From the IMG/VR virus record IMGVR_UViG_3300035042_000066: a DNA stretch of 64,000 bases, one strand, 5' to 3'. Below are positions 27,744 through 36,912 of this stretch, in pieces. A program made the position numbers and the translations under genes. The stretch comes from a virus. Position 1 is the first letter of the stretch, and the number at the start of each line of letters is the position of its first letter. Under the pieces are notes generated by a model that saw only the letters and a program-made list of their open reading frames with translations, made no database searches and was not told the origin of the DNA.

Positions 27744-28307
27744 TTATTCATCTAACAAGGAATCTAATTCATTTTCTACCTCTGAATCTTCTACATCTAC
27801 TTTGATTTTATTTCTTTTTTTAGCTCTAGCCTTTTCTGCATTAATATTAGAAGTATTAAAGTTATTACCTTGAAGTTCCATTTCTTGATCCATTTCATAA
27901 ATCATAGCTCTAGCGAAATTGACTTTTAAAGGAACTTTCTGATCTACAATACCGCCATATCTATTTTTAAGAATTTTCCAAATCTGAATATTTTGTTTAC
28001 GTAATTCTGAAGGCATCAATATACCAACAACAGTATCAGCACAATCAGCTACCGATTTAGAATTTTTTGTAAGAATATTATTTGCATAAAATAAATGATC
28101 ATCGCTAACTTCAATATCTAAACATTCACCTTTACCAATATACTCTATAGATTCTATTTCATCATTAAAATCTATATCATTTGGCATTTCTTCTCTAATA
28201 ATATTGAAATTTTTTGTTGTTACAAAAGTCGTTTTAGTTGTTTCATCATAATCATAAGTTTCTTCAATTATATTATTATCAGTTTCTTTTATTTTCTTAA
28301 TTATCAT
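27744..28307 (-). CDS. 41: split-intein C-fragment (82 aa, 28062-28307) fused to the gp41 helicase C-extein
   Basis: DIEVSDDHLFYANNILTKN|SKSVADCAD...KNRYGG. Confidence 0.9.
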   Translation of the reverse strand: MIIKKIKETDNNIIEETYDYDETTKTTFVTTKNFNIIREEMPNDIDFNDEIESIEYIGKGECLDIEVSDDHLFYANNILTKNSKSVADCADTVVGILMPSELRKQNIQIWKILKNRYGGIVDQKVPLKVNFARAMIYEMDQEMELQGNNFNTSNINAEKARAKKRNKIKVDVEDSEVENELDSLLDE

Positions 28308-28308
28308 A

Positions 28309-29700
28309 TTATTTAATATTCTCCATTATAAAAGTGTAGCACATTTCTATATTTTCATCTATTGTATTATAATCCCAAATTTCCAATACATTAAATCCCA
28401 TTTCTTTAGCTTTATTAATCTTTTTAATGTCTTGTTTCTCCTTTTCTTTTGGATCAATACCAAAACTACATAAAGGTTTATAATTCTCATCTTCATAAAA
28501 ACGTTCTCTATGATGCCATATTTTACCATTGAATTCAATTATAACTTTATATCTTGGTATTGTAAAATCAAATGAATAGAAAAATTTATTTGAGTCTGCT
28601 ATAAAATATTCTTTTTTATCTTTGTAACCTATATAATAATCACTGTATTTAATTATATTATTATGTAATAATTTATCTATTAAAGGAATAAACACTTCTA
28701 AAGATGCTTTTGAGGCTTTAATTGATTTGTCACCATATTTTAATATATTTTTCTTTTTTGTTTTTAATCTTTGTTCTTCTATTTCTTCGGCATCAATACG
28801 TGTATTTCTCCAATTATGATTGTTATTCCAGTAATTTTTTGCTGCCCATATTGCTTCTTGTTCTGAATAATTATAAACTAACATCCAATATTCTTTATTA
28901 CTAGGATTTTGTGTTTTTAGTTTAAGACCATCATCTGTTATAAAATTTCTTTTATATTTAATAAATCTTTTATGATCATTATATTTTAAATATAATATTG
29001 ATTGTATTTCAGCACTTTGCTTAGAAAAACCTAAATTTATCCAATATTCTTTATTACTAGGATTTTTTGATAATATTGAATATTTCATTTTTTCTATTGA
29101 TTTTTCATTTACACAAGTTTTTTTATCATAAAATCTTTTTAATCCTTCTTCTTTACCAAATCTTAGAATATAATTTTCTTTAGATGTTATTTTTCTATCG
29201 TCAGCATTTTTTTCTTTATAATATTTAATATAATTTTTTATTATTATATTTTCATCTTGTATATATGGTATTATATTTTTTAAGAATTTTTTAAATTGTT
29301 TAAATTCATTAATTTCAAAATTATCAATAAATAATAAATTTTCTTTAGAAGAAAAATATTTTTTAATATATTTTTCTCTATTATAACGATGCTTATTTTT
29401 TGTATATGTACCTATTTCTTCTTTTCTACATTTTTCACTTAAACATGTTTTTGTAAACTTTTGTCTAGAAACTTTTAATTTTTTATTTTGACAAAAAGGA
29501 CATAACGGAAAATCAAATAAATTATTTTTTATAAGTACTATCTTTTCCGTTATGTCCTCTGTTATGTCATTAGATATATAGTAATTAATATCTTTAACTA
29601 ATTGTATATTACTTTTTCTTTTAGGATAAAATTTCTGAATATCTTTTAATTTTTTAGAAAGTTCTTGAAAGGTAAAATAAGGGATTTCTTCTACTGACAT
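28309..29700 (-). CDS. putative homing endonuclease (Vsr-like/Hef-like) between the gp41 halves
   Basis: Zn finger CPFC..C..C; repeated NPSNKEYW; FDFTIPRYKVIIEFNGKIWH. Confidence 0.75.
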   Translation of the reverse strand: MSVEEIPYFTFQELSKKLKDIQKFYPKRKSNIQLVKDINYYISNDITEDITEKIVLIKNNLFDFPLCPFCQNKKLKVSRQKFTKTCLSEKCRKEEIGTYTKNKHRYNREKYIKKYFSSKENLLFIDNFEINEFKQFKKFLKNIIPYIQDENIIIKNYIKYYKEKNADDRKITSKENYILRFGKEEGLKRFYDKKTCVNEKSIEKMKYSILSKNPSNKEYWINLGFSKQSAEIQSILYLKYNDHKRFIKYKRNFITDDGLKLKTQNPSNKEYWMLVYNYSEQEAIWAAKNYWNNNHNWRNTRIDAEEIEEQRLKTKKKNILKYGDKSIKASKASLEVFIPLIDKLLHNNIIKYSDYYIGYKDKKEYFIADSNKFFYSFDFTIPRYKVIIEFNGKIWHHRERFYEDENYKPLCSFGIDPKEKEKQDIKKINKAKEMGFNVLEIWDYNTIDENIEMCYTFIMENIK

Positions 29701-29713
29701 GATATTTCTCCTG

Positions 29714-29804
29714 TGATAAATATTATTATAAATGATGAGGGGAACTTCCTGTGGTTCCTATGAGGATTGCCGTCCTCTAAACTCATCATTTATATTATTT
29801 ATCT
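29714..29804 (-). promoter_or_regulatory. late promoter + multi-stem structured leader of the endonuclease gene
   Basis: Outer IR ATAAATGATGAG/CTCATCATTTAT; inner hairpins GAGGA-CGGCAA-TCCTC and GGAAC..GTTCC; AGATAAATA at 29796-29804. Confidence 0.65.
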
Positions 29805-29860
29805 CAGAAGTGATCTAAAATATCACTATCCTTATAATATTTTCAAACTTTCTACATTTC

Positions 29861-31222
29861 TTACATTGTTTTTATTTTTGTTCCTTGTCTCAAAGTGCCT
29901 TTTACATTTCTAAACTTATTATCAGTAGGAAATTTATGTTCTGCTGAACAAATAATCTCTTTACCACTTTTTGTTTTTATTCTATACAAATCTTTTGTAT
30001 GAGTGTCAAATACCTTTTTAACAGTTACATCTTTATTATTACCTTTTAATTTATCACCTACCTTGATTTCCTTTAATTTCTTAATAGAACCATCTGCCAT
30101 ATTAATATCTGTTTCTATTGATAGACATTCTGATATATTAGTCATATCGACATCAGAACAATCCGAAGCATTCATTTCTCTATTACCTTGTGTCGCTGTT
30201 AGAACGCAACATTCATAATCTACACCTATACCTCGAATTTCTTCAGCTATTGCTTTACCATTAGAATATAAATTATCCGTTTTAATTCTGTCAGAAACCA
30301 TCAAATTAAGATAATCTATAATAATTATTTTAGGATTAAAATCTTGTTTAATTTTTAAATCCTCAATTAATGCTCTTATTTTATTAGCTCCTATTGTCGC
30401 TGGAGAATATTCTTTAATAATTAGATTGCCTTCAACTTTACTTCTAATTTGCTTTAATCGAGACTTGAATGTTTTCTCTTTCATCAAAGGAACATCGTTT
30501 ATATCTACACCTAAATAATTTGCATCAAATCTTTGTGCAATTTTATCTTCTGACATTTCAAGTGTAATATATAAAACATCTTCTCCATTTTTTAAAAAAT
30601 TAGCCCCTAAAGCAATCATGTTAGATGTTTTACCAGTATGAGTAGCACTCATTAATAAACATAAACTTTTAGGTTCTACTCCACCAGAAAATATTAAATC
30701 AAGTGGTTCTATTCCTGTAGAAAATTTAGAAACAGCTTTTTGATAAGCATCCCATCTTTTATCTACGCCAGTTTGATCTAAAAAGTTTATACCTACAGAA
30801 GAATCAAATTCTACCTGTAAAGCTTTTCTCACTAATTCAGGAATAGATCCAGTTGGTTTCTTTTCTTCAATAATTTGAACAGATTCAAGAATAGCATTAT
30901 GCAATGCTCTATCTTTACACCATTCTTCTGTTTTATCTACAATCCAATCAATATTATTTTTTGATTTGTATTGAGACAATTCATCTATAGTTTCATTAAT
31001 ACTATTAAATAAATCTTCACTTAAAGTTTGATCTTTAGTAATTTCATATTTAAGTGAATCTATTGAAGGTAAATCTTTATAAGTAATGATGTACTTCTTT
31101 ATTTGTGAGAATATTTTCTTTTTCACTAAAGATTCAAAATATTCTTCTTTTATATGAGGTAAAACTTTTTTAGCATAAGATTTATCCTTGAATAAAGAAG
31201 AAAGAATAATTTCCGATATCAT
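29861..31222 (-). CDS. 41: replicative helicase gp41 N-extein + split-intein N-fragment (88 aa, 29864-30127)
   Basis: SATHTGKT, DYLNLM, TATQGNR; ISE|CLSIET...KEIICSAEHKFPT. Confidence 0.92.
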   Translation of the reverse strand: MISEIILSSLFKDKSYAKKVLPHIKEEYFESLVKKKIFSQIKKYIITYKDLPSIDSLKYEITKDQTLSEDLFNSINETIDELSQYKSKNNIDWIVDKTEEWCKDRALHNAILESVQIIEEKKPTGSIPELVRKALQVEFDSSVGINFLDQTGVDKRWDAYQKAVSKFSTGIEPLDLIFSGGVEPKSLCLLMSATHTGKTSNMIALGANFLKNGEDVLYITLEMSEDKIAQRFDANYLGVDINDVPLMKEKTFKSRLKQIRSKVEGNLIIKEYSPATIGANKIRALIEDLKIKQDFNPKIIIIDYLNLMVSDRIKTDNLYSNGKAIAEEIRGIGVDYECCVLTATQGNREMNASDCSDVDMTNISECLSIETDINMADGSIKKLKEIKVGDKLKGNNKDVTVKKVFDTHTKDLYRIKTKSGKEIICSAEHKFPTDNKFRNVKGTLRQGTKIKTM

Positions 31223-31507
31223 TTAATGTACCTTTTTATCTGAGTTAGAATATCCTTCTGTTTGATCGTTTTGTTCTAGTTTATCAACCTCATCTGAAAT
31301 TTCTTGAATTGCATCTTCTACAATTCGTTTTACTTCTTGTTTGATAACTTCTTCAGAGTGTCCTTTGTTATCATCAAAAGTTACTTCATAAGTACCATAT
31401 TCTACAATATTTGTAAAATCAACTACAACTTCGACACCGTTTAAATTATTAAGAACAACAAGAACTTGGTTATTAACTTCATTATTTTCAGTCATATTAA
31501 TCTCCAT
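31223..31507 (-). CDS. acidic protein in the gp40 position
   Basis: Synteny uvsX-40-41 only. Confidence 0.5.
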   Translation of the reverse strand: MEINMTENNEVNNQVLVVLNNLNGVEVVVDFTNIVEYGTYEVTFDDNKGHSEEVIKQEVKRIVEDAIQEISDEVDKLEQNDQTEGYSNSDKKVH

Positions 31508-32636
31508 TAAAAGGTGGGACTAAAGGGCCACTCAAATCACCTGGTTTATCAACATTTGTTAAATTAGATTGGTCAGTTGATTCATTTTCTTCTTGAATTT
31601 CTTCTTCCTCCTCGTCGAAGAAATCCATTTGAATTTGACCTAATTTATATTTTGATATAATAAATTCTTTAAATTTTGAATCGTTTATTAATGCTTTAAA
31701 GAATTTATTAGGAATATTTTTTTGACGAATTTTATTTTCTTGAAGCTCATTAGTTTCAAAATCATAAATTTGATACCAAGCGCCCGATTGTTTAATATAA
31801 CCTGATTCAATAGCTAATTCTAAAAGACTTGACCATTTTGAAATTCCATTTTCATAAGTTACACTAAATGGAAATTTACTTTTTTCTTTAACGAAACGAG
31901 ATTTTTGAATATTAATAGTAAAATTATAACCAACCAAATCTTTACCTTCTTTAATTTGAGATTTTGTTATCACAAATATCTGATTTGCAGAATAAGTTAC
32001 AGCCGTTCCACCGGGAATAACTATTTTCGAAAACATTTCCATGGTCTGATATACATGATTCACAACAATACAAGGTAATTCTTTAGTTGTCAAATGAGGA
32101 GTTATAATTCTAAACAATGATCTAATGGCTTTAGCTCTTGACATATCAGCTACAGATTTTTCATCAATAGCATCTTCTACTTCTTTTTTAGATGCTAAAT
32201 TACCTAAACTATCAACAAGAATTAAAACTTTTTCTCCTCTTTCGATACTTTCTAGTCGTTTTACTATATCAAATTTTAATTGTTCAACATGTTCTACAGG
32301 AATATGAATCATTCTTTCACAATCAATTTTAAATGATTCAAGCATTTTAGGTGTAATACCAAATTCTGAATCATAAAATAAACACACCGCTTCTGAATAT
32401 TTTTCTAAATAAGATTTAATACAATACAATGCAAGCATACTTTTAAATGATTTACTTTCACCAGCAAAAATAGTTAATCCTGGAACAAGACCTCCGTCGA
32501 TATCACCTGAAAATGCCATATTTAAAATTGGTAAATCTGTTTTAATAACTTCATCAGAATTAAAAAATTTCGATTCTGACATTACATTTGAAGTTTTTAT
32601 ACTACCTGTTTTTTTCATCTTTTCAAGAATACTCAA
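31497..32636 (-). CDS. uvsX: RecA-like recombinase
   Basis: AGESKSFKS, YDSEFG, DSLGNLASKKE, VVNHVY. Confidence 0.95.
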   Translation of the reverse strand: MSILEKMKKTGSIKTSNVMSESKFFNSDEVIKTDLPILNMAFSGDIDGGLVPGLTIFAGESKSFKSMLALYCIKSYLEKYSEAVCLFYDSEFGITPKMLESFKIDCERMIHIPVEHVEQLKFDIVKRLESIERGEKVLILVDSLGNLASKKEVEDAIDEKSVADMSRAKAIRSLFRIITPHLTTKELPCIVVNHVYQTMEMFSKIVIPGGTAVTYSANQIFVITKSQIKEGKDLVGYNFTINIQKSRFVKEKSKFPFSVTYENGISKWSSLLELAIESGYIKQSGAWYQIYDFETNELQENKIRQKNIPNKFFKALINDSKFKEFIISKYKLGQIQMDFFDEEEEEIQEENESTDQSNLTNVDKPGDLSGPLVPPFNGD

Positions 32637-32648
32637 TTTAGTTCTCCT

Positions 32649-33098
32649 TTAACGAGTAAATTTATATTTTTTACAAATAATATTATTAGAATTTAATAAT
32701 TCTATTCCACTAACGTCTCGATCATATTCTTCTAAATAATATACCTCTTTAATTCCGGTGGCTAATAATAATTTAGCGCACATACCACAAGGACTTAACG
32801 TTAAATAAACTTTACCTCCTTCAGGATTTATATTATTTTTCAATGCCTCTGCTAATAAATTTTGCTCGGCATGTAATTCATATTTAATAGAAAATTCTCG
32901 GTGTTTTTCATCAGTATATTCATTTTCTTTAAAATAGTCTTCGCAATGTATCATTCCCTTTGGTACGCCATTATAACCAGTAGATACAATTCTATCATTT
33001 TTTACTAAAACTGCTCCTACTTTTATTCTAGTACAAGTTGATCTATTTGCAAAATTAATTGCAGTTTCCATAAATATATCTGATAAACTTTTTCTCAT
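32649..33098 (-). CDS. cd: dCMP deaminase
   Basis: STC..KVGA, GYNG, HAEQN, SPCGMC. Confidence 0.9.
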   Translation of the reverse strand: MRKSLSDIFMETAINFANRSTCTRIKVGAVLVKNDRIVSTGYNGVPKGMIHCEDYFKENEYTDEKHREFSIKYELHAEQNLLAEALKNNINPEGGKVYLTLSPCGMCAKLLLATGIKEVYYLEEYDRDVSGIELLNSNNIICKKYKFTR

Positions 33099-33112
33099 CT
33101 TATAATCTCCAT

Positions 33113-33799
33113 TTAATTTAAATATTTTTGAATATATTTAAAATGATTTTCATAACAATGTAAAGAAGATGCTGTCCAAATCAAATTTCCTAATTCCAAT
33201 TCAGGATAATATTCTTTTAACTTATTTAATACCAAATCATGTACATATTTAGCCCACGCTACATCATTATTATAACCAAATACTACGTCATTACTTCGCA
33301 TCATATAATGAGAAATTAATTTATTATCTCTAATAAAAAATTGATTTGCGTATGTACAAACAAAATCTGACATACCTTCACTATTATATTCATAATGCAT
33401 TGAAGGTCTTTGATATATCATTGTTGCTCTTCTAGAATTTTTATTCTTTAGTAATTCATTTATGGCATTATTGAATTGATTATAATTTTGCTCTGAAAAT
33501 ATTAAATACCCATAATTTGAATTTATTTTACCTTCAGTACTTGATACCTCATTCCATATTTTTGGAGTAACTCCAGGTATATCTTTAACATATAAAGATT
33601 CAGATTTATACCATTCTAACTCTCTTTGAATATAATCATAATTAGGCTTTCTTATAATATAATCCTCAGTTACATTAAATGAATAACCTAGTAACTCAAT
33701 AAGTTTAGAGCCACTTTTATCTTCTATAAATTCTTTATTTTGAAATTTATTAATAAATTTTAATCTTATATCAGATACGTTATACATAATTTTCCCCAA
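33113..33799 (-). CDS. 42: dCMP hydroxymethylase-like enzyme (T4 gp42 family)
   Basis: YIQRELEWYKS, GMSDFVCT, MRSNDVVFGYNND match recalled T4 gp42, including the dCMP-specifying Asp. Confidence 0.85.
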   Translation of the reverse strand: MGKIMYNVSDIRLKFINKFQNKEFIEDKSGSKLIELLGYSFNVTEDYIIRKPNYDYIQRELEWYKSESLYVKDIPGVTPKIWNEVSSTEGKINSNYGYLIFSEQNYNQFNNAINELLKNKNSRRATMIYQRPSMHYEYNSEGMSDFVCTYANQFFIRDNKLISHYMMRSNDVVFGYNNDVAWAKYVHDLVLNKLKEYYPELELGNLIWTASSLHCYENHFKYIQKYLN

Positions 33800-34310
33800 A
33801 TAAAAAAGTATTCACTTCTCTTTGTACTTCGTTAATGCTTTTTCCTGTAATTTTAATTTCTTTTTTATTTTTTATTTGTACTAAGTTTAACATATTCCTA
33901 AAATATTGTAATTCTTTTTCTTTTTTATTTTTATTGATTGAAAAAGAATCTCCGTCATCCCGCTGAATAACATTTTGAATTTCATCAGTAAATAATACTA
34001 ATTTTACATCACTAAAATCAGATAATAGATTTAATACATAATCTCCGCTATAATTTCTATAAAGTGGACCATAAATGGCTTCACCCAAATGTGATCTATC
34101 CATTATAATATCAAAATCTTTATTTAATTCTTTTATTTTTGATATTAATTTAATATAATAATTTTTATTATCAGAAAAAGATAAAGATTTGTCTAAGGAA
34201 GAACAATGGATAATGATCGGATATTTTCCCATTTTTGATAATTCTTTTTGTAATAATTTTACCTGAGTACTTTTACCCGAATTATCTATTCCTTCTATAA
34301 TATAAACCAT
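33780..34310 (-). CDS. thymidylate-kinase-like dNMP kinase
   Basis: IEGIDNSGKST, MDRSHLGEAIYG. Confidence 0.85.
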   Translation of the reverse strand: MVYIIEGIDNSGKSTQVKLLQKELSKMGKYPIIIHCSSLDKSLSFSDNKNYYIKLISKIKELNKDFDIIMDRSHLGEAIYGPLYRNYSGDYVLNLLSDFSDVKLVLFTDEIQNVIQRDDGDSFSINKNKKEKELQYFRNMLNLVQIKNKKEIKITGKSINEVQREVNTFLFGENYV

Positions 34311-34465
34311 TATACTTCCTCTTCGATCATTTGCATAATATCTCGTTTTGATAATTTCCTTTTATGCCGTTTAGCATTATCTTTTACCCGCTGTTTATTC
34401 ATCCATTTCGCCTCATCATGACTATAAAGATTATGTCTGATCTGCTTAGCTGTACTATTCTTCAC
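34310..34465 (-). CDS. small basic protein (51 aa, GTG start)
   Basis: GGAG RBS; stop overlaps next ATG. Confidence 0.4.
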   Translation of the reverse strand: MKNSTAKQIRHNLYSHDEAKWMNKQRVKDNAKRHKRKLSKRDIMQMIEEEV

Positions 34466-34466
34466 T

Positions 34467-35054
34467 TTATTCTCCTTTAATTTTGTTTAAATTAGGTAAA
34501 ATACCTTCTAAACGATTATTCTTCACTTTTACTAAATAATCATTTATATCTATTATACCATTTGGTCCTATATTGTAAGATAAAATTGCATCTGACCAAT
34601 CTTTTTTTAATTCTAACATTTTCTTAAAATATAAAGAACCTATCTCCACATTAAATTCATCATCAGTTAGTAACTTCAGAATTAAAAATTCATCTGTAGG
34701 AAATTTACCATAACAATGTTTATCTTTTATATATGGAAACCATCGTATCACATCTTTTGCTGTTTGTAACTGTACTTGCATTAAACCTAAACTTTTTGGT
34801 TTACCTTTAGAATTAATATCTCCTAATATTACTCCTTTAGTCTGAAATTTAATAGAACCAGCATGAGATTCTTGCCACAAAATAGAAGCTATAGTTTCTC
34901 CATATTTTTCACCTCTCCATTCTACTTCATTGCCTATTTCATAAGCAATCTGTAAATTTTTAAGTTGATTCTCTGTCAATTCTACTCCTAATACATTTAT
35001 TGGTAATATTAGGAGTAGAATTACGAATACTTTAAACTTGTTGAATTTTAGCAT
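34467..35054 (-). CDS. SLT-family lytic transglycosylase with signal peptide
   Basis: WQES, GLMQV, NVEIGSLY, AILSYNIG. Confidence 0.85.
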   Translation of the reverse strand: MLKFNKFKVFVILLLILPINVLGVELTENQLKNLQIAYEIGNEVEWRGEKYGETIASILWQESHAGSIKFQTKGVILGDINSKGKPKSLGLMQVQLQTAKDVIRWFPYIKDKHCYGKFPTDEFLILKLLTDDEFNVEIGSLYFKKMLELKKDWSDAILSYNIGPNGIIDINDYLVKVKNNRLEGILPNLNKIKGE

Positions 35055-35547
35055 TACATTTCCTGCATCTGTATGTTGTTTTTCTAGAAAGAACTCGATT
35101 ATGTCTTATACTTGTAAAATCATAAGTACTACAACTACATTTGTATTTGAAAGTTTTTCTTTTCTTTTTATTTACTATTTCTTTAAGATTAAAATTACAG
35201 CATCTTTCTGGTTCAGCCCCAAATTCTCTCATTAGATTTTTAAATATATTTCCATGCGCTTTGCTATTCTTAAAATTACAGAATTGAATAATATGAACAA
35301 ATTCATGTGTTAATACTTGTTCAATATATTTTTCTTTATAAACCTCAAGGGCTTTGTTATGTATTCTAATTGCCATAGTTTTTTCTTTGGGCTTATATGT
35401 AGCTTGACCAGCAAAAGTAGTTGCATTGATATTAAATAATACTTCAAATTCAAAACCTAAATCTTCAGGAAGTTTATAGCCTTTCTGTTTTGCTTCTTTT
35501 TTAAGAAATTCTACTTTTTCAAATACTTCTTTTTTAAGATCACTCAT
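35032..35547 (-). CDS. SprT-like zinc metalloprotease
   Basis: HEFVH...HGNIFK...YKCSC..YRCRKC. Confidence 0.85.
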   Translation of the reverse strand: MSDLKKEVFEKVEFLKKEAKQKGYKLPEDLGFEFEVLFNINATTFAGQATYKPKEKTMAIRIHNKALEVYKEKYIEQVLTHEFVHIIQFCNFKNSKAHGNIFKNLMREFGAEPERCCNFNLKEIVNKKKRKTFKYKCSCSTYDFTSIRHNRVLSRKTTYRCRKCNAKIQQV

Positions 35548-35810
35548 ATTTTCTCCATCTTTAAAGTTTTTATCTCATGAACTTAATTACAATATATCAT
35601 ACACAAAAAATGAAGTAAATAGAAAAATTTAGTATTTAGTTATATTTAGTTATTTAGTTATATTTTACATATTTCTTTGAAACCCAATTTATAGTACCAT
35701 CATATTCAGAATGAAAAAGAATTTCTTGTTCTACTACATCTAAAATTTTACCTTTTTCTTCAAAATATACTTTACCTTCAGGCCATTTTAGAGTAATTAC
35801 TTCTCCGATT

Positions 35811-36002
35811 TTAATGTTCACCTTTGCCATTGAAGCCCCCTTTATACCAATCTTTTCCTTTTAATTCAAAATTTACATTTGAAACAGACTTTTCTGTGTT
35901 ACCACCGCATTCACATAATGGGTTTGCTCGTGGTTTATTCATACTTTCTAATCTCTCTTGTACTTTACCGCACTTTACACATTTATAATCATATATAGGC
36001 AT
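35811..36002 (-). CDS. FmdB-family zinc-ribbon protein
   Basis: MPIYDYKCVKCG...CECGG...FELKGKDWY. Confidence 0.85.
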   Translation of the reverse strand: MPIYDYKCVKCGKVQERLESMNKPRANPLCECGGNTEKSVSNVNFELKGKDWYKGGFNGKGEH

Positions 36003-36336
36003 TTTTGTTCTCCTTTTCTTTTAGTTGGTGAAGTAATTCTTCTGCGAATAACATTCCCTCTCCTTCAGAGAATTTTCCATTATTTTTCTCGTATAATTTT
36101 CTACATTTCTCTAATACCTTAATAGCTTGATTTCTATTTGTAATTCTACTTATTTCTTTATCATCAATTTTTCCGACTACACCATAAAGATATTTTGATT
36201 CTCCCTGTTTAAGTATTTTTCTTACATTTACTTCTAAAATATTTGAAAATAATTCAATCACATCTTTATATATCACAAATTCTTTATCTTCACAATATTC
36301 TTCGATCATAAATTCAATTTCTTGACAAGTATACAT
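35989..36336 (-). CDS. hypothetical protein
   Basis: ORF track, operon-packed. Confidence 0.6.
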   Translation of the reverse strand: MYTCQEIEFMIEEYCEDKEFVIYKDVIELFSNILEVNVRKILKQGESKYLYGVVGKIDDKEISRITNRNQAIKVLEKCRKLYEKNNGKFSEGEGMLFAEELLHQLKEKENKNAYI

Positions 36337-36582
36337 TTACACTCCTCTCTCATCTATGAATGATTTTATTACATCTAGTTCTGGAATTATATAAGGAGAA
36401 TGTGGAAATGGTATTGATTCTTTAGTTTCAGTATTGTAAATGTCATAAACTATTTTTCGACAATCAAAATCCTCTAGTATTTCTTCGATTAAAACATAAA
36501 CCACATCATTGTGTTCAAACTCTGTATCTACAACATCCATATCGATTCTCCTTTTGAAAATTGTTTCGATCGACTTAAACAT
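36337..36582 (-). CDS. hypothetical protein
   Basis: ORF with early promoter upstream. Confidence 0.55.
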   Translation of the reverse strand: MFKSIETIFKRRIDMDVVDTEFEHNDVVYVLIEEILEDFDCRKIVYDIYNTETKESIPFPHSPYIIPELDVIKSFIDERGV

Positions 36583-36837
36583 ATAATAACATATTTGAAT
36601 TTAGAAGTAAAATAATAAAATAACAAAAGCATTCAATTTACTAATTTTATCGAAATTTTTATTCAAAATAGCCTAAGTTATTGAAATCATTAAACAAAAT
36701 GAAACAATACTATAAATCGATTAAGTTTTATAAGTTATTGATATTATTACACTATTTTAATTTTTAAAATAAAATGCATTTTATTTTAAAAATAATAGTA
36801 ACACACACCTTAAAGAAATAAAACTCAATTTAAAATA

Positions 36838-36870
36838 AAAAGAGGAATCCTTATTGTGGGATTCCTCTTT
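36838..36870. terminator. intrinsic terminator downstream of nrdJ
   Basis: AAAGAGGAATCC/GGATTCCTCTTT. Confidence 0.8.
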
Positions 36871-36912
36871 GATATCAATAACTTAAAGTTATTTTAGATG
36901 TTTTAGTTTAAA

